A stretch of 64,000 bases of DNA from a virus (lineage: Duplodnaviria > Caudoviricetes). The notes below the pieces were generated by a model. That model did no database searches. It saw only the letters and a program-made list of their open reading frames with translations, and was not told where the DNA came from. The position numbers and the translations under genes are program-made. Below, piece after piece: positions 9,435 through 19,449 of this stretch. Numbering within the stretch: position 1 is the stretch's first letter; each line of letters opens with the position of its first letter. The stretch lies in the IMG/VR virus record IMGVR_UViG_641736227_000002. One strand, written 5' to 3'.

Positions 9435-11282
9435 TTATTCTGCTTCCTTTTGTGCATAATAGGCTATGCCGGAAAGCACAAATACAACATTAGGAAGTGC
9501 CACACCATTGCCCCACATCTTATATTCCGCTGAATCCGAATGTGAATTCTTAAGCCATTTTCTGATTTGATTATCAGACTTAGGCTTTGTCTTCTTTCCG
9601 AGTGCGTCAGCGTGTGTCTGAAAGATTTCTCTCCACATAGAAATATCCTCATCTGTAGGATTTTCTATTTCAAGACCGTCACACCACCAATCCGGAAACC
9701 CTTGCAGTCTTGCACATTCCGTAGGCGTGAGTCTTCTTACGATGTACCTTGGCTCGTTTACAATCGGAGGATCTTTGTAATCCGTTGCCACCAGTGTTCC
9801 GGCTAGGTTCTCCTCTGCAATCGTATGGAAAGATGCTTTGCTTGTGCAGTACACCGGATGCGCCACTCCACTTGCACCTGCAGCAACAATAGTCGGCTCA
9901 ACTTCCTCTTCAATCTGAAAACTGAACTTTGCATTGTAGCCTTGGTTCATAGCAGGTCTGCCGATACCATAGGCAGGTTCTCCGACAAAGTTTTCTTCCG
10001 GAGTTCCTAACATCTGAGAAGATGGTCCTTTAGGTCCGTCATTAGCAGATAAGGTTGCATGAACATCTGCAAATGCCACTGCGTGCTGTTCTGTCGCATT
10101 CAGCGTGTACATGACATCCGATTCCTTGTACCCGTCACCCTTATGAGAAGGACGAGTACCGTTTCCTTCAATTACAGCAATACCGCCCTGATTGCAGACA
10201 GGATTTCCGCCATTGCCATCAATCGTTCTGCTTGTATCTGCTTCATAAAATCCGCTGTTCGGATTATCTGATTTCATGGAATTGCTGTCCTTGGAACAGA
10301 TGCCATAAGCAACTACTGCCACTCCGCCTTGATTGGAGTCCGGAAAATTACCGCCGGTATCAATGGTTCTTGATGTATCTGTTTCATATACATTATTTCT
10401 TGCATTTCTTGTACCTTCGGAGGTTAGTCTTACATCAAAACTTTTCACATCTTCCACAATAAACGGCTGATTATTGCCACCAGTTCCATAGGTTGATAAA
10501 ACTGTCTGTGATACATCAAGTGGCCCTGTGTATCTGCTGTCTTGTCCGTGGTTTTCAAACATTAAGCCGATGCCTGCATCTCCAGTGCTTTCTGAAGAAG
10601 TGGCGGCAGAACTTTGCCACGAACGGATGCTCTTCGGAGAATACCCAGACAAGCCTTCTGACTCAAATAATATTTTTCCGGCACACCAATCTGCAAAATC
10701 TGCGACAAGGTAGATACGTTTTCTTCTCTGGGGTACTCCCCAAAACTGAGCATCAAACTGTCTCCAGGCAACGGAGTAACCATCTCCCATGATCTTTCCT
10801 GCGCTGTTCCACTTTGTAGGTTTAGGCACTGACACTGATTCGTCTTTGATTTTGCAGACCTCTTCGAGAACCGCACGGAAGTCTTCGCCTTTGTTGGAGC
10901 TAAATGCTCCGGGGACATTTTCCCAGACGATAAATCTTGGTTTTTGTCCATTTGTCTTACACCTCATTTCTTTTATGATTCTGACTGCCTCATAAAACAG
11001 GGAAGAACGGGAACCGGATAAGCCGTCACGCTTGCCCGCAATACTCATATCCTGGCATGGACTGCCAAAGGTAATGATATCGACAGGTTTCAAATCTGCT
11101 CCGTTCATCTTAGAGATATCTCCATAGTGTTTTACCTGCGGCAGTCTTTTCGTTGTTACACGAATAGGAAAAGGCTCAATCTCCGATGCCCACAAAGGGG
11201 TAATACCGGAAATCAAGCCTCCTAAAGGAAATCCACCTGAACCATCAAACAGACTCCCAAGTGTTAAATTGTTATTCTCCAT
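9435..11282 (-). CDS. Phage C5-cytosine DNA methyltransferase (long, repeated variable region)
   Basis: SLFDGSGG, GSPCQD, ENVPG, QRRKRIY, RRLTPTECARLQGFP, WGNGV. Confidence 0.93.
   Translation of the reverse strand: MENNNLTLGSLFDGSGGFPLGGLISGITPLWASEIEPFPIRVTTKRLPQVKHYGDISKMNGADLKPVDIITFGSPCQDMSIAGKRDGLSGSRSSLFYEAVRIIKEMRCKTNGQKPRFIVWENVPGAFSSNKGEDFRAVLEEVCKIKDESVSVPKPTKWNSAGKIMGDGYSVAWRQFDAQFWGVPQRRKRIYLVADFADWCAGKILFESEGLSGYSPKSIRSWQSSAATSSESTGDAGIGLMFENHGQDSRYTGPLDVSQTVLSTYGTGGNNQPFIVEDVKSFDVRLTSEGTRNARNNVYETDTSRTIDTGGNFPDSNQGGVAVVAYGICSKDSNSMKSDNPNSGFYEADTSRTIDGNGGNPVCNQGGIAVIEGNGTRPSHKGDGYKESDVMYTLNATEQHAVAFADVHATLSANDGPKGPSSQMLGTPEENFVGEPAYGIGRPAMNQGYNAKFSFQIEEEVEPTIVAAGASGVAHPVYCTSKASFHTIAEENLAGTLVATDYKDPPIVNEPRYIVRRLTPTECARLQGFPDWWCDGLEIENPTDEDISMWREIFQTHADALGKKTKPKSDNQIRKWLKNSHSDSAEYKMWGNGVALPNVVFVLSGIAYYAQKEAE
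10562..10951 (-). CDS. Nested out-of-frame MTase partner (M.EcoHK31I beta-like polypeptide)
   Basis: 129-aa alternative-frame ORF with STLSQILQ..VPEKYYLSQKACLGILRRA..RGK.LP. Confidence 0.65.
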   Translation of the reverse strand: MDKNQDLSSGKMSPEHLAPTKAKTSVRFSKRSAKSKTNQCQCLNLQSGTAQERSWEMVTPLPGDSLMLSFGEYPREENVSTLSQILQIGVPEKYYLSQKACLGILRRASVRGKVLPPLLQKALEMQASA

Positions 11283-12540
11283 CCGCTCCCTCCACCTCTT
11301 TTACAAGGTCGGAGTAAGCAAGTTTCTCTCCGTTTCTAATAACGAATACATTCTCTGCATCACCCGTATCTTCCACATATCTTCGTAAGATAACCGATGC
11401 GTACTTTTCATCAAGTTCCATCGTATAACAGATACGGTTTGTTTTTTCACAGGTCATAAGGGTTGAGCCACTACCACCAAAAGTATCGATAATAATAGCA
11501 TTCTCTCGACTTGAATTGCCCACAGGATAAGCAAGTAAATCTAATGGCTTAGAAGTCGGATGATTTTTGTTTTTCTTTGGCTTATCGAAGTTCCAAATCG
11601 TAGTCTGACTTCTGCCTGCCGCCTTGCTCCAGTAATGTTTACCGGGTAAGAATCCATATAGCACAGGTTCGTGCTGCCACTGATAATCACTTCTTCCAAG
11701 AACAAGCGAGTTCTTTACCCAAATACAACATCCACTTAAATGAAATCCAGCGTCAATGAAGGCTCTTCTGAAATTCAAACCTTCTGTATCTGCATGAAAT
11801 ACATAAGCAGAGCCACCGCTTTCAAGATGGTTTGCCATATTCTTAAATGCAGACAGCAAAAACTCATAGAACTTATCATTTGCCATTTTATCGTTCTTGA
11901 TGGAAAGTCCATCTGAACTTTCAAAGGCAACATTGTATGGAGGATCTGTAATCACAAGATTGGCTTTCTTACCGTCCATAAGTGCATCCACATCTTCAAT
12001 TGATGTAGCATCTCCGCACATAAGTCTATGCCTGCCAACCGTCCAGATATCTCCCTTTTCTACAAAAGCAGCTTTTTCAAGTGCGACAGACAAATCATAC
12101 TCATCATCTTTTACATCGGATGTATCATCATTTCCAAATAAATCAGCAAGGTCATTTTCATCAAATCCTGTGAGTCCAATATCAAAATCAGCATCTTGCA
12201 AAGCCTCGATTTCAACTCTTAATAGTTCTTCATCCCAGCCTGCATCCATTGCCATTCGGTTATCTGCAAGAATGTAGGCTTTCTTTTGTGCCTCGGTAAG
12301 GTAATCTACAAATACACATGGTACTTCTTTGATTCCTTCTTCTTTGGCAGCCATGATTCTTCCATGTCCGGCAATCACGTTATAGTCTCTGTCGATAATG
12401 ACCGGATTGATAAAACCAAACTCACGTAAAGAGGAGCGAAGCTTCATAATCTGTTCTGCAGAGTGAGTTCTTGCATTATTTACATAAGGAATAAGTTTTG
12501 TTACAGCTACAAGCTGCATTTCTGTTGTTGTCTTGCTCAT
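11272..12540 (-). CDS. ParB-domain N6/N4 DNA methyltransferase
   Basis: N-terminal ParB (IAGHGR, LADNR); DPPY; HPTSKP; DTFGGSGST. Confidence 0.93.
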   Translation of the reverse strand: MSKTTTEMQLVAVTKLIPYVNNARTHSAEQIMKLRSSLREFGFINPVIIDRDYNVIAGHGRIMAAKEEGIKEVPCVFVDYLTEAQKKAYILADNRMAMDAGWDEELLRVEIEALQDADFDIGLTGFDENDLADLFGNDDTSDVKDDEYDLSVALEKAAFVEKGDIWTVGRHRLMCGDATSIEDVDALMDGKKANLVITDPPYNVAFESSDGLSIKNDKMANDKFYEFLLSAFKNMANHLESGGSAYVFHADTEGLNFRRAFIDAGFHLSGCCIWVKNSLVLGRSDYQWQHEPVLYGFLPGKHYWSKAAGRSQTTIWNFDKPKKNKNHPTSKPLDLLAYPVGNSSRENAIIIDTFGGSGSTLMTCEKTNRICYTMELDEKYASVILRRYVEDTGDAENVFVIRNGEKLAYSDLVKEVEGADGE

Positions 12541-12549
12541 AGCTGCCTC

Positions 12550-13341
12550 CTAAAACAATCCCCACTCAGCGAACTTTTCAAATCCACCGATGGAATGAAT
12601 ATATTCTCTTGCGATTTCCACGATTTCAGAATAAGGTCTGCCGTCAATAAACTCATCACCAATCGCACAGGCAAGCTGCACAGGTTTACCTGTAATCTGT
12701 GCTTTTAAGAAAGCATAGATATTAACGGACACATCAGCCTTGGATAGGTCTTTCCCATGAAGGCCACCGCCTGTAATTGAATCAGCCATATCAGAACCAA
12801 GTTTTCTGTTTGTTGCTCCGGTATCTACATTTGTGCCGCCAGTCCAATCGCCAAGTGGATTTACTTCAGCGTTTGGATATGTGCATTTCAAATCTGTAGT
12901 TTTTGCATTGCTCTGGCAGATGATAAGACGGTCACCATCAAGAATGTACTTTCCATCAAACGGATAAGAAGTGTAGATTTCTCTTGCAATCTTAGACAAT
13001 TCTTTCTGTTCATCCGTTAGCGGCATTCCCTTAAAGATGCCATTATCACCACAGCGTATTTTGTCCTCTTGATTTTTTGAAAGATGCTCGTCCTGCGGAT
13101 AAATTCGTATATCACAGCGAATCTCATTCTTACCGCCTGCGATACGTTCAAATATCATTGCAATATCTTCTTTTTCAAAATCTACATTTGTTTCAATAAT
13201 GATGTGTCCGTACCCATGTCCGATAAGTACTTCCACAGCAATCTTTGGATTATCATGTAATTTATATGCCATGTCAACAATCGCACCGGCTACTCTGTCA
13301 CAAATTTTATCTGGGTGCATTGGATTTACTTTTTCTATCAT
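12550..13341 (-). CDS. metK: Short phage S-adenosylmethionine synthetase-like protein
   Basis: HPDKICD, GDNGI, DTGATNRK, GGGLHGKDLSKAD. Confidence 0.85.
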   Translation of the reverse strand: MIEKVNPMHPDKICDRVAGAIVDMAYKLHDNPKIAVEVLIGHGYGHIIIETNVDFEKEDIAMIFERIAGGKNEIRCDIRIYPQDEHLSKNQEDKIRCGDNGIFKGMPLTDEQKELSKIAREIYTSYPFDGKYILDGDRLIICQSNAKTTDLKCTYPNAEVNPLGDWTGGTNVDTGATNRKLGSDMADSITGGGLHGKDLSKADVSVNIYAFLKAQITGKPVQLACAIGDEFIDGRPYSEIVEIAREYIHSIGGFEKFAEWGLF

Positions 13342-13343
13342 CT

Positions 13344-13895
13344 TTACCTTCCTTCCCTTGCCCTGAGCAAACGTTCCATCAAATCGTCTTGTGGAGCTGC
13401 ATCGTCATAATCGGTACTGCAGTTCTCTTTGACAATCTGAAATATTTCATTCCACAGCCTTACGGCTTGGTTCATATAGTTGATGCCGATATTGATAAAC
13501 GGAGATGGGATTGGTTTCTGTGTGGTCGGATGCTTGGAAAGAAATCCCAGCTTATTTGTCATCTCTTCACACTGAATCCAACGAGCAGAACACATTGCAT
13601 ATCGCTCAATCAGCTGTGTCGATACCTTGCTTGCACATCCTATTTTCTTAAGCCACTGCCATGTTTCTTCATAAATCTCGGATGCCTGCAGCTGCGAACC
13701 GTCACGCTGTTCGGCCGATAAGAAATCATGTGGCTTTGGCATCTCCACACCTTCTACTTCCGGGATATCCAGAACTTCTAATTTTCTTCCGCCCGGATTT
13801 CCGTTATTTGCTTTTTCTTTGACAGCCGATTTCTTACGTCCGGCACCAGGTCTGGCACCGCCACGGCCACCTATGTTATTTGATTTTGTAGGCAC
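13344..13895 (-). CDS. Terminase small subunit (P27 family)
   Basis: RGGARPGAGRK..GNPGGRKL; position after HNH. Confidence 0.85.
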   Translation of the reverse strand: MPTKSNNIGGRGGARPGAGRKKSAVKEKANNGNPGGRKLEVLDIPEVEGVEMPKPHDFLSAEQRDGSQLQASEIYEETWQWLKKIGCASKVSTQLIERYAMCSARWIQCEEMTNKLGFLSKHPTTQKPIPSPFINIGINYMNQAVRLWNEIFQIVKENCSTDYDDAAPQDDLMERLLRAREGR

Positions 13896-13944
13896 GTCTC
13901 ATGTCCCTCCTTTATTACCCTTTTGATTTCGCCTTTTTTACACG

Positions 13945-14003
13945 CAAGACCCCACGCCGTTCCCCGGTGGTCCCGGTGTCAGAGATTTTGACCGCCCCTG
14001 GGG
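13945..14003 (-). other. Probable cos region
   Basis: GC-rich GGGGCGGTCAAAATCTCT...GGGGAACGGCGTGGGG between HNH and terS, the usual cos location in HK97-type phages. Confidence 0.5.
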
Positions 14004-14390
14004 TCAGTCATCATATCCGTAAACTCGATGTTTTTTGCCACCTTGATAATCACCACGCTCGGCATGAATCTTTGCATGACATGATTTGCAAAGAGAGATC
14101 AGATTATCTTTGTTATGATTGCCACCCTCTGACAGCGGCAGCTTGTGATGAACTTCATCCACCGGAACAATGATTCCTTTTTCAAAACAAATCTCACAGA
14201 AAGGATGTTCCTTAACATAACTGTCACGGATTCGTTTCCATGCTCTTCCGTACCTACGGCGTACAGCTTTATCTCTGCCATACTTCTCGTAGGATTGGTT
14301 CATTAGTTTCTCATGCTCCTTGCAATATCTACCCTCTGTTAAATTAGGACAGCCAGGATAACTGCAGGGACTCTTTGGTCTTCTTGGCAC
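14004..14390 (-). CDS. HNH endonuclease (terminase-associated)
   Basis: GTG start; CSYPGC, CEIC, VHHKLPLSEGG, NLISLCKSCH. Confidence 0.9.
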   Translation of the reverse strand: MPRRPKSPCSYPGCPNLTEGRYCKEHEKLMNQSYEKYGRDKAVRRRYGRAWKRIRDSYVKEHPFCEICFEKGIIVPVDEVHHKLPLSEGGNHNKDNLISLCKSCHAKIHAERGDYQGGKKHRVYGYDD

Positions 14391-14502
14391 ACCTGCACCT
14401 CCTTCCAGACATAACAAAAGCCTCTGCGGGATTGCTCCTACAAAGGCTCTGTCGTTTTTATATAATTTTCTACAATACCATTTTACTGCATTTTCACTGG
14501 AA

Positions 14503-14937
14503 CTAACAGTGGCCTGAGGGTGAACTAGGGTGGCTTTTTTCAAAATGCACCAATGCTCTGGCATGTACACGTTTAATCCATCTGACTGAATACTGCATTT
14601 CTCTTGCGATGTCATCAATCTTCATAAGTTTGGAATACCTATATCGAAGTACGAGTTCTTCCATCGGATCTTCCATGCCATCAATTGCTACATCTACCAT
14701 ATGCTTTAAATCTTCTAACTTTAAATAATCTTTTATCAGTTCTTCTTCCAAAACATTAATCTTTTCAAGATATCTCACAAATGGTGCTTTTGTATTTCTG
14801 GTAGCTGAATAATGTGGTTCCAAACTTGGGGAAGACGGACTGCTTGCCAGTTCTCGATAGCACTGTATCCTTTTTTCTTTTATTCTAATTACCCTTTGCA
14901 ATTCAAACGGCTGGTTTAAAAATTCTCTTGCTGTCAT
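14503..14937 (-). CDS. ArpU/DUF1492-like late transcription regulator
   Basis: MTAREFL start; VLRYRY...IAREMQYS..W..RVHARAL HTH. Confidence 0.75.
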   Translation of the reverse strand: MTAREFLNQPFELQRVIRIKEKRIQCYRELASSPSSPSLEPHYSATRNTKAPFVRYLEKINVLEEELIKDYLKLEDLKHMVDVAIDGMEDPMEELVLRYRYSKLMKIDDIAREMQYSVRWIKRVHARALVHFEKSHPSSPSGHC

Positions 14938-14993
14938 AAGCCTAACCTCCGAAGATTTAAATTTCCCTCGGATTGACTCTGATTGTCTTTGAT

Positions 14994-16352
14994 TTACAAT
15001 TCTGCTTTTACTGCATCGATCAGTGCCGATTGTGTGCTGTCTTTATCAGCCAGTGCTTTCATGATTTTCTCATCAACCGTACCTTGAGTTAGGATATGAA
15101 TTATGGTTACTGTTCTGCTCTCTTGACCTTGCCGATAAAGTCTTGCTACGGTCTGCTGATAAAGTTCTAGGCTCCAGGTGATTCCAAACCATACAAGTGT
15201 AGAACCGCCACTTTGAAGATTAAGTCCATGTCCCGCTGATGCCGGATGAATCAGTGCCACAGGAAGTTCTCCCTTATTCCATCTTTTCATACTGGCATCT
15301 GTATCAAGTTTTTGAAACGGAATCTTCTTTTCATTCAAACGTTGCTCGATTCTCATAAGGTCATGCTTAAACCAATATGCAACCAGCAGAGGTTTTCCAT
15401 TGGCAGATTCAATAATGTCCTCCAAAGCGTCCAGCTTTCTTTCATGGACGGACAGAATGCTCTCATCATCTGCATAGACTGCACCGTTTGCCATCTGTGA
15501 AAGCTTATTTGAAAGAGATGCTGCATTTGCTGCTGTAATCTCACCTTCCGGAAGTGCAAGAACAAGTTCTGCTTTCATATCTTCATACTTTTTCTTTTCC
15601 TTATCTGACAGATGCACCATATATTTTGTATTTATGAGTTCCGGCATTTTCAAATGATCTGCTGCCTTCATGGAAATCGTGATGTCAGATATCTTTTGAT
15701 AAATCGCATCTTCTGCTCCGGGAAGAGGCTTATAGCTGTAAACAATAGGACCGTTCACCTTATCCGGTTTAAAATATGAGTTGCGATATTGACCGATGAA
15801 TCGTCCAAGCCTTGCTCCCATATCTAAGATTTTGAATTCTGCAAACAAATCCATAAGACCGTTGCTGCTTGGTGTTCCTGTAAGTCCCACGATTCTTTTG
15901 ACCTTGGGTCTTACTTTCATCAGTGCCTTAAATCGCTTTGCTTGATGATTCTTAAAGGAACTCAGTTCATCAATTACCACCATGTCATACTCAAAGGGTT
16001 GTCCACTCTTTTCTATCAGCCACTGCAGATTTTCACGGTTGATCATTGTGATATCCGATTTTTGCGTTAGTGCTGCAATTCTTTCTTTTTCTGTTCCAAC
16101 TGCAATCGCAAAGGTAAGATTATGAAGATGATCCCATTTTTCAATTTCATCCGACCATGTATTTCTTGCCACACGAAGCGGTGCTACTACTAAGATGCGA
16201 TGCACATCAAAATAATCAAACAGCAGATTGTTAAGTGCAGTCAGCGTGATGCTTGTTTTTCCTAAACCCATATCAAGAAAGACTGCAGCTGCCGGATGTG
16301 ATTCAATATATTCTGTCGCATACCTTTGATAATCATGTGGATTGTATTTCAC
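14994..16352 (-). CDS. SNF2-family helicase
   Basis: DMGLGKT, IDELS, LTGTP, GHGLNLQ, RLYRQGQ. Confidence 0.93.
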   Translation of the reverse strand: MKYNPHDYQRYATEYIESHPAAAVFLDMGLGKTSITLTALNNLLFDYFDVHRILVVAPLRVARNTWSDEIEKWDHLHNLTFAIAVGTEKERIAALTQKSDITMINRENLQWLIEKSGQPFEYDMVVIDELSSFKNHQAKRFKALMKVRPKVKRIVGLTGTPSSNGLMDLFAEFKILDMGARLGRFIGQYRNSYFKPDKVNGPIVYSYKPLPGAEDAIYQKISDITISMKAADHLKMPELINTKYMVHLSDKEKKKYEDMKAELVLALPEGEITAANAASLSNKLSQMANGAVYADDESILSVHERKLDALEDIIESANGKPLLVAYWFKHDLMRIEQRLNEKKIPFQKLDTDASMKRWNKGELPVALIHPASAGHGLNLQSGGSTLVWFGITWSLELYQQTVARLYRQGQESRTVTIIHILTQGTVDEKIMKALADKDSTQSALIDAVKAEL

Positions 16353-16614
16353 GAATCACACCTCCAATCTGTTCCGTTCCATCAATGACATATACTCTAA
16401 ACCCTAGTCCCATCAAAATTTTATGCCTTGCGGCCTGCAAAGGTCTCGGTTTCTGCCCCGGTGCCTTAAGTTCTGCAAAAGCAATCTTGCCTTTCGGAAG
16501 CAGAATGATTCTGTCCGGCATACCTGCATATCCAGGAGATACAAACTTAGGACAAATACCGCCATTCTTTTTAACTTCTGCCACAAGTCTTTTTTCTATT
16601 TCTTTTTCTCGCAT
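16333..16614 (-). CDS. VRR-NUC nuclease
   Basis: GMPDRI...FAELKAPG...LQ. Confidence 0.9.
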   Translation of the reverse strand: MREKEIEKRLVAEVKKNGGICPKFVSPGYAGMPDRIILLPKGKIAFAELKAPGQKPRPLQAARHKILMGLGFRVYVIDGTEQIGGVIREIQST

Positions 16615-16750
16615 AAGTACCTCCAATTTCTTTTATGGTGGAGGTCGATGAAGTCATTTCTAAAACTTTATATAGAGAGATTTTTGCCAAAAATTCTGCC
16701 CTAAAGGGGTTTTATACATAGACCTCCTACGACCTCCACCCTTAAAAACA

Positions 16751-18994
16751 TTAATCTTCTAAAAAGTCTGATTTTAAGCGTATTCCAAGCACATAGTTGC
16801 AGCCTTTTGTTTTCTTTCGGTTAAAGCCTGCATTCTCAAGTGCCGTATAGAAATCAGTGGTACTTCTCGTATATTCACCCGTCCTTGCACAGTAAGAACG
16901 ATACTCCTGGTAGAACTCGCCCGACTTCTGCGTATAAGTGGCATCCACCTCACAGCATTCCTCAACAAACGTAGAAAACCAGTCATTATTCTCACGATAT
17001 TTATTGATGGCATCTTCCACCACCTTCGGAGTCTTCAGCTTATACTTATTTTTGATGGCTTTCGCAGCACCATCAATAATCCATGTAAGTACGGCACCTC
17101 CTGCATTTTCATAAAGGTAATCAGCATAATTTTTTCTGTCACTGCTGCCAGTGATTTTAGCATTGAACGGTATCACAATAAGCCTTCGCCATATGCCATC
17201 ATCATTGGCTCCCACCCTTGGGAGATGATTGGTATATAACACGAGGGTGTGTGTCGGCACATATTTGAATGGATCCTTATATTTCTTTTCAGCTGTCACT
17301 TCATCTGTGGAGCATAGCTGTTTTACAATAGAAGTATTCAGACGCATTCCTTCTTCCAGTTCGGCAGCAATGACTAATCTCTTACCTTTCAGTTCTGCCA
17401 TCTCCGGCTTTACATTACGCTTACATCCCACGGTCAAAGCATCTGCGGAAATAGTTCCGCTGTATGTTCCTAGTACTCTGGCAATGGTATTCCAGAAAGT
17501 GCTCTTACCGTTGCTTCCTTCGCCATAGGCAATTACCAATGCCTCCACATACACTTTTCCAATAGCTGAAAGTCCCACAATCTGCTGCACATAATCGATC
17601 AGTTCCTTATCACAGCAGAAAAAGCTGTCCAGGGCATCCTTCCATAAATCCATGCCCTCTGTACTTGGAGAAACTGCAGTCATCTTCGTGATCAGATCTG
17701 CTGCCGCATGCTCCTTACTGCTTCCGTCCTGCAAATCGTAAGTAGCATCGGGAGCATTTAAGAGGAACTCCTGGCTGTCAAAATCTGCGATTTTCTTAAG
17801 GAGCATTGGCTTTGCTGCCTGAAGTGCAGAAGTTACAAACTTCATATCCCTTCGTTTCATAACAAAGGCATAATATTTTGATGCAATCACAAATTCCTTG
17901 AATGCTTTTTCACTTCCTTCATCAATAGCTTTTTCCAGTGCCTTGCCGCCTGCCATAACAGTATCTTTATCGATGCCCGCATCAAGGAGCATTTTCTTTG
18001 CTTTCTCCACTGCGGCTATTGCTTCCTTTAGCTGTTCATCCAGGAACTCCTCACAGGCACCCACAGCCATCTGCTTTGACTCTGCCCAATGCGTACCGTC
18101 ATATCGCATATAATCTGTGGAATCGGTAAATACAAGTTCACCCGCATATTCACGAGACAACACTTTTGCCTGTCCAATATCTGAGTAATCATCCGGCTTT
18201 AGACTAAATCCCTTATTAAACTCTTCCGGTGACACATAGCCAACCTGTGACTGCACCTTCTTTCCGAACTTAACAGCACTGCTCCAAATCAGAGCAAGTT
18301 CACTGTCTTCAAGCGGTGGATTGCAAAGCTGCGCCTTTTCCAGATAAATATCATGTGCCTTTTCTGTATTGCCATATCTCTTAATCAATCTTCCGGCAAT
18401 ATGGCTCATGGTACTGTTTCTGGAACCTTCGGTAATGCCCTGCGTAGCTTTGTCATATTCGGCAAAGTCCAGTTCATCCAAAAATTCCTCTATGGTCCTG
18501 CTTCCTTCATGCCAAACAATATCGTCCGGAGCATGACCAAAGATAAACCTTGCTGCATCGAGTGCATTGTCATCAAAAAATGGAGCATACTCTTGAAGTT
18601 TTGTTTTAATGCCTACTACTTCATCGGCAGATGTAATTTTGCCATGAGGAAAGTAAATATGATGTCTTGGTCTTGCAGACCTATTGCCTTTTACCTTTCC
18701 ATCATTTCTGCTTGGAACTAAGATGAACGATACATCCGGGAAGAGTTCTTCATATTTTTCTGCAGTAATCCAGTCCTTTGGATTATCACTATGGTCATTA
18801 TCACAATCCATCACTTCAACATCTGAATAAATAAAATCATCCACAGAACGATGAAACCTTTTAAATTCGGCGCACACATGATCTCTGGCAATAACCGCTA
18901 TCATGTCATCTGCATTTGAAATTTCTGCTTTATTCGGATATAGTGCATTTGCCGCATTTCCTACGCAGTTTGCACTAAAAATAGTCAACTTCAT
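16751..18994 (-). CDS. P4-family primase/helicase (PriCT, D5-type ATPase)
   Basis: DCDNDH, EGSRN, GEGSNGKST, LYTNHLP, WRRLIVIPF. Confidence 0.93.
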   Translation of the reverse strand: MKLTIFSANCVGNAANALYPNKAEISNADDMIAVIARDHVCAEFKRFHRSVDDFIYSDVEVMDCDNDHSDNPKDWITAEKYEELFPDVSFILVPSRNDGKVKGNRSARPRHHIYFPHGKITSADEVVGIKTKLQEYAPFFDDNALDAARFIFGHAPDDIVWHEGSRTIEEFLDELDFAEYDKATQGITEGSRNSTMSHIAGRLIKRYGNTEKAHDIYLEKAQLCNPPLEDSELALIWSSAVKFGKKVQSQVGYVSPEEFNKGFSLKPDDYSDIGQAKVLSREYAGELVFTDSTDYMRYDGTHWAESKQMAVGACEEFLDEQLKEAIAAVEKAKKMLLDAGIDKDTVMAGGKALEKAIDEGSEKAFKEFVIASKYYAFVMKRRDMKFVTSALQAAKPMLLKKIADFDSQEFLLNAPDATYDLQDGSSKEHAAADLITKMTAVSPSTEGMDLWKDALDSFFCCDKELIDYVQQIVGLSAIGKVYVEALVIAYGEGSNGKSTFWNTIARVLGTYSGTISADALTVGCKRNVKPEMAELKGKRLVIAAELEEGMRLNTSIVKQLCSTDEVTAEKKYKDPFKYVPTHTLVLYTNHLPRVGANDDGIWRRLIVIPFNAKITGSSDRKNYADYLYENAGGAVLTWIIDGAAKAIKNKYKLKTPKVVEDAINKYRENNDWFSTFVEECCEVDATYTQKSGEFYQEYRSYCARTGEYTRSTTDFYTALENAGFNRKKTKGCNYVLGIRLKSDFLED

Positions 18995-19446
18995 CTTGTT
19001 ACCTCCTTCATCGTTTCTGTAAAATATCTGATTTTCATTCTGCGTTTTTCTGCTAATGCTATCTCACGAGCCATTCCTTCCGATATATCTTCTCCAAACA
19101 CCCACACTTCACTGCATTTGCCTAGAAGGACATAATTAATTGTGTGAGTGACTAGGTATCTCTCTTCCGGATTACTATCATCCATAAACTGTGGATACAG
19201 AAGATGCGGAGTCATAGGAATTGCTTTATTTTCAATGGCAAAGCGTGAATACTTTCTTGCTTTTTCGACATTCTTCGTAATGTCTCCACGATACGGACTG
19301 CAGATATATACAAGTGGTCTATACCCGTCATACAAGCAGAAGTTGGCAGCCTTTTGGACCGCCTTTTCTTTCTTTTTGATATTTGAAATTGCCCCGAAGG
19401 ATGTCATATCTATGTATCCCTCTAAATTTTTCTTATCGATATTCAT
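18991..19446 (-). CDS. DUF4406-like (nucleoside deoxyribosyltransferase fold) protein
   Basis: VYICSPYRG, PHLLYPQF, CSEVWVFG..ISEGM..EI. Confidence 0.75.
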   Translation of the reverse strand: MNIDKKNLEGYIDMTSFGAISNIKKKEKAVQKAANFCLYDGYRPLVYICSPYRGDITKNVEKARKYSRFAIENKAIPMTPHLLYPQFMDDSNPEERYLVTHTINYVLLGKCSEVWVFGEDISEGMAREIALAEKRRMKIRYFTETMKEVTR

Positions 19447-19449
19447 CCG

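Noticed and set aside
12550-13341. metK pseudogene
   Set aside because: Short but uninterrupted, tightly packed with neighbours, key motifs retained
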